This document shows, piece after piece, positions 61,400 to 64,000 of a DNA stretch of 64,000 nucleotides. Position 1 is the first letter of the stretch. Each line of letters starts with the position of its first letter. Made by a program: the position numbers and the translations under genes. A model generated the notes under the pieces. The model searched no databases. It saw only the letters and a program-made list of their open reading frames with translations, and was not told the origin of the DNA. The stretch comes from Raillietiella orientalis (taxonomy: Eukaryota), in contig JAYWIR010000019.1 in assembly GCA_036172245.1 (NCBI GenBank), forward strand, positions 3,534,001 through 3,598,000, given 5' to 3'.

Positions 61400-61880
61400 A
61401 AGTTCCTTCAGAAAAGCTGGAACCACTGCTTCTCAACCATATCACGTTTATAACATAGGGAGAGAGGATTTCCTTGATGATCAGTGGACTTCATGGCGGA
61501 TTGATCTTTGAAAACTCCAGGATGCAGGGGCTTGGCTGATATTCAAAAAAACAAAACAAAAAAAGGTATGGGTTTATGTGGCCTGTTGTTGGTGGAATAT
61601 TGTGGTTACGTGAGGACATGGCATTGGAGCCCGGAACTCTGTCCGTCTTCGTTCAGCATGATCTTAGGAATTTTAGAATGAAAGAGCTAAGGGAGAGCTA
61701 CAGAAGGAGTTTGCAATTCTCTTCGTGAAACGGCTTGCACCTCCATATCCAATGAAGATTGCTATTATCAAAAAGCATCTCGAACTCCGAGACGTCATCG
61801 CTGCATGTAGCATGTAGCAGACCTCCTGAACAAAGCGGCCTAACATGAGAAGGCGCAAGCAAAAATGAGGCAGCATGAAC
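61400..61880 (-). mobile_element. Possible pogo/Tigger DDE-domain remnant
   Basis: PLHPGVFK resembles QPLDxGVFK. A Tigger-like terminal sequence (ccctataaggcgggggatatgttcc) lies near 60710, but its link to this remnant is unproven. Confidence 0.25.
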
Positions 61881-62479
61881 AAAGACCGGAGGGGGATTTT
61901 TTCCTCGAGTTCCGTGGCTTCAAAGAGAAGCAGGGCAAACAGGAAGATTGCCTTACCCTGTCTCCCTCTCCCGAAGATGGGCTTTCTTAAATCGACTTAT
62001 CTTCCCAATATCTAGAACTCTGAGAGGGTGAGGTAAAAAAAAAAAAAAAAAAAAGGAAAGCATGCGAGGGTATTGCTGTTCCCGATACAAAAGCGCTCTC
62101 GAGCCCTTGATGTGAATGAAGGCTCCGAGGTCCCACAACACCGTGAACAAACCTCCGGCATTCCCTGCGTGGCCGCTACGACAAGGAAATTTTTCTTTCG
62201 TCTCCACGCAACCTGCTCTTCCCGTACCGTTCACGGCAGTGTGGGAGTCAAGATAAACAAACGAAGGAAGCGGCTACAAGAATCACAGCGGCGAGCGTGT
62301 GCTTCTCATCAAGAACAAACTCACCTCTGGCAAAAAAAAAAAAAAGGAAGAAGAAAAAACGTTCTTTCCGCACCTCAAGAGATTCTTGACGTTTTAGTAG
62401 CCGATTTTCCTGGAGGAGATGGTATGACAAAAACATCGCTCGTTCATGAGAGTTGCTGCAAGACAGCTAGCTCAAAAGC

Positions 62480-62800
62480 ACTTCCAGGGCTGAGACGGTT
62501 AGCTGGGTGAAAATCTGCTGCCCCAGTCCGCTGGTGCTCTCTTTACCTCTGCGGAAAGCGCAAACTCAAACTGCATTAGGAATAAGCATCGGAGAAAGTT
62601 TGTGATGTTGACGGAAGGTCGACCTCCGGGATTTGACAAGATTTTCATACGACTGAGCATAAATCGAGGCTGATTTCTGCAGTTTCTTGAATCAGAAACC
62701 GGTGTTTTGATGCTTCCTCTACCAGAAGTAGTGCACGGCGAGGCGAAATATTTCTTCCAGGCAGTTGGGATCGCCATATTTGCTAATGGAAGTTAATCTA
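62480..62800 (-). mobile_element. LINE RT N-terminal remnant
   Basis: IPTAWKK..SPCTTSGRG..RNCR..MKIL matches IPxxWK..PxxKxG..NYR..KI. Confidence 0.4.
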
Positions 62801-64000
62801 AGAGATCCAAACTTTCTTACTCTGAGATGACCTTGCGTGTGTTTTCGCCTTCCCTCTCCGTACAAGGTCGCACGAGATCCGAGCCACCCAATCCACGCTC
62901 TTGTCTGTGGTGCGCTTGGTAGCTTCAGTGCTGCTCATGACCCCGGCACCACTAGGATTTCTAGATGGTTCAAGGAAAAACGTGAATAGAGAAACCCAGG
63001 TACTCGACGCTCGCACCTTTCTCGAAGCGGCAGTCAATTTGAGCCAATCAGGGATAGTGACCTGGAATTCTCGGATTAAAATACGCAAAGCATACTAGAT
63101 ATTAATCATCTTTTCAAGAAGGATGGACACCGACGAGCTGATCTTCAGCTGCCAACCAACGAAACGACGCTTCCATGTGTAAAGAGCATTTGCTTCCACT
63201 CCTTATGTTTTTTTTTCTTCTTTCCTTCCTGATAGTGTTTTAGAATTGTGGAATCAGCAGTGTTTACGAGAATCAGGCATCTGGTCTTTATTCTGGATGT
63301 ATTAGGTTTTCAGATCAAGAAATCCCTTTACTGCACTCGCACGCATTCCCTGATCCCGTGAGGTAGGAAAGACGGCAGTTGGAACTTCGTAGATCCTGTG
63401 TCTCGCGAAGGAGGATTCCCTCCATCTTTATGCACTCGTGAATGCAGAGCATAATAGAAGAATGGAATCAGAGAGTGTTCGGGAACCGATGCGCGGTCGT
63501 AGCCATGCCAAGGATGCGCCTGTAACGGGGAAAGGGGAGCAGCTTCTTCCTGGAACAAGACAGGTCACCCCACATTCAGTCCGGAAATCTGGCTCGGTCT
63601 CCAAGGCGTTCCATAAGCGATCATCGCAAAGATATTCAGAAAATTGCTGCTCGGATGAACGGAAACTGCTCCGCATTCCTCACCACGAGGAACAATTTAT
63701 TTTGGCGCCTTTTCCCGTGAACGCTTTTCCATTTCGCGGGAAACTCTTTAGAAAAGTTGGCAGAACCCCTGTTGTTAAGAAAACTTTTTTGGCTCGATGG
63801 TGACAAACAGGGAATCCCAACGGAGGCAGGGATTCATCGGTTTTGATTCAATGAGCGTAAGCGTAAAAACGAGATCATTTTTCTGCAACGGTAACAGTAG
63901 CAGCCTCTTCGTCGTGACCGGTCAGAGGAACTCAACTAAGAAATGTCGGAGGCAGACGTGTTTAATTCTTTCATGCCATTTTTTTTTTTTTTTTTGATCT

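Overview
Eukaryotic (animal, probably arthropod; inferred from the receptor and the TE spectrum) genomic DNA. It contains one clearly intact protein-coding gene: a single-coding-exon allatostatin-A/galanin-type class A GPCR at 51187-52335 (+). Almost everything else I can interpret is decayed transposon sequence, recognised by eye from short, frameshifted motifs, so boundaries are approximate. An L1/Tx1-clade non-LTR family dominates, piled into nests at about 2.7-8.9 kb and 39.5-50.3 kb, with another copy at about 53-55.9 kb. There are also remnants of Gypsy, BEL/Pao, Copia, CR1/Jockey/RTE-type LINEs, R2-like RLE elements, Tigger/pogo and MULE, plus a foldback MITE and a possible tRNA-derived SINE. 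Most interesting: (i) three diverged Tx1-like 3' ends share a terminal motif with a covarying stem-loop, and each abuts another Tx1-like relic; (ii) a filled/empty insertion-site pair with a 10-bp TSD; (iii) a ~870-bp near-identical inverted block between otherwise ~75% identical paralogs, a candidate ectopic gene-conversion tract; (iv) the intronless GPCR sitting among L1-clade debris. I found no CRISPR arrays, rRNA or intact tRNA, and no convincing novel multi-gene system. The many long GC-rich ORFs look spurious.
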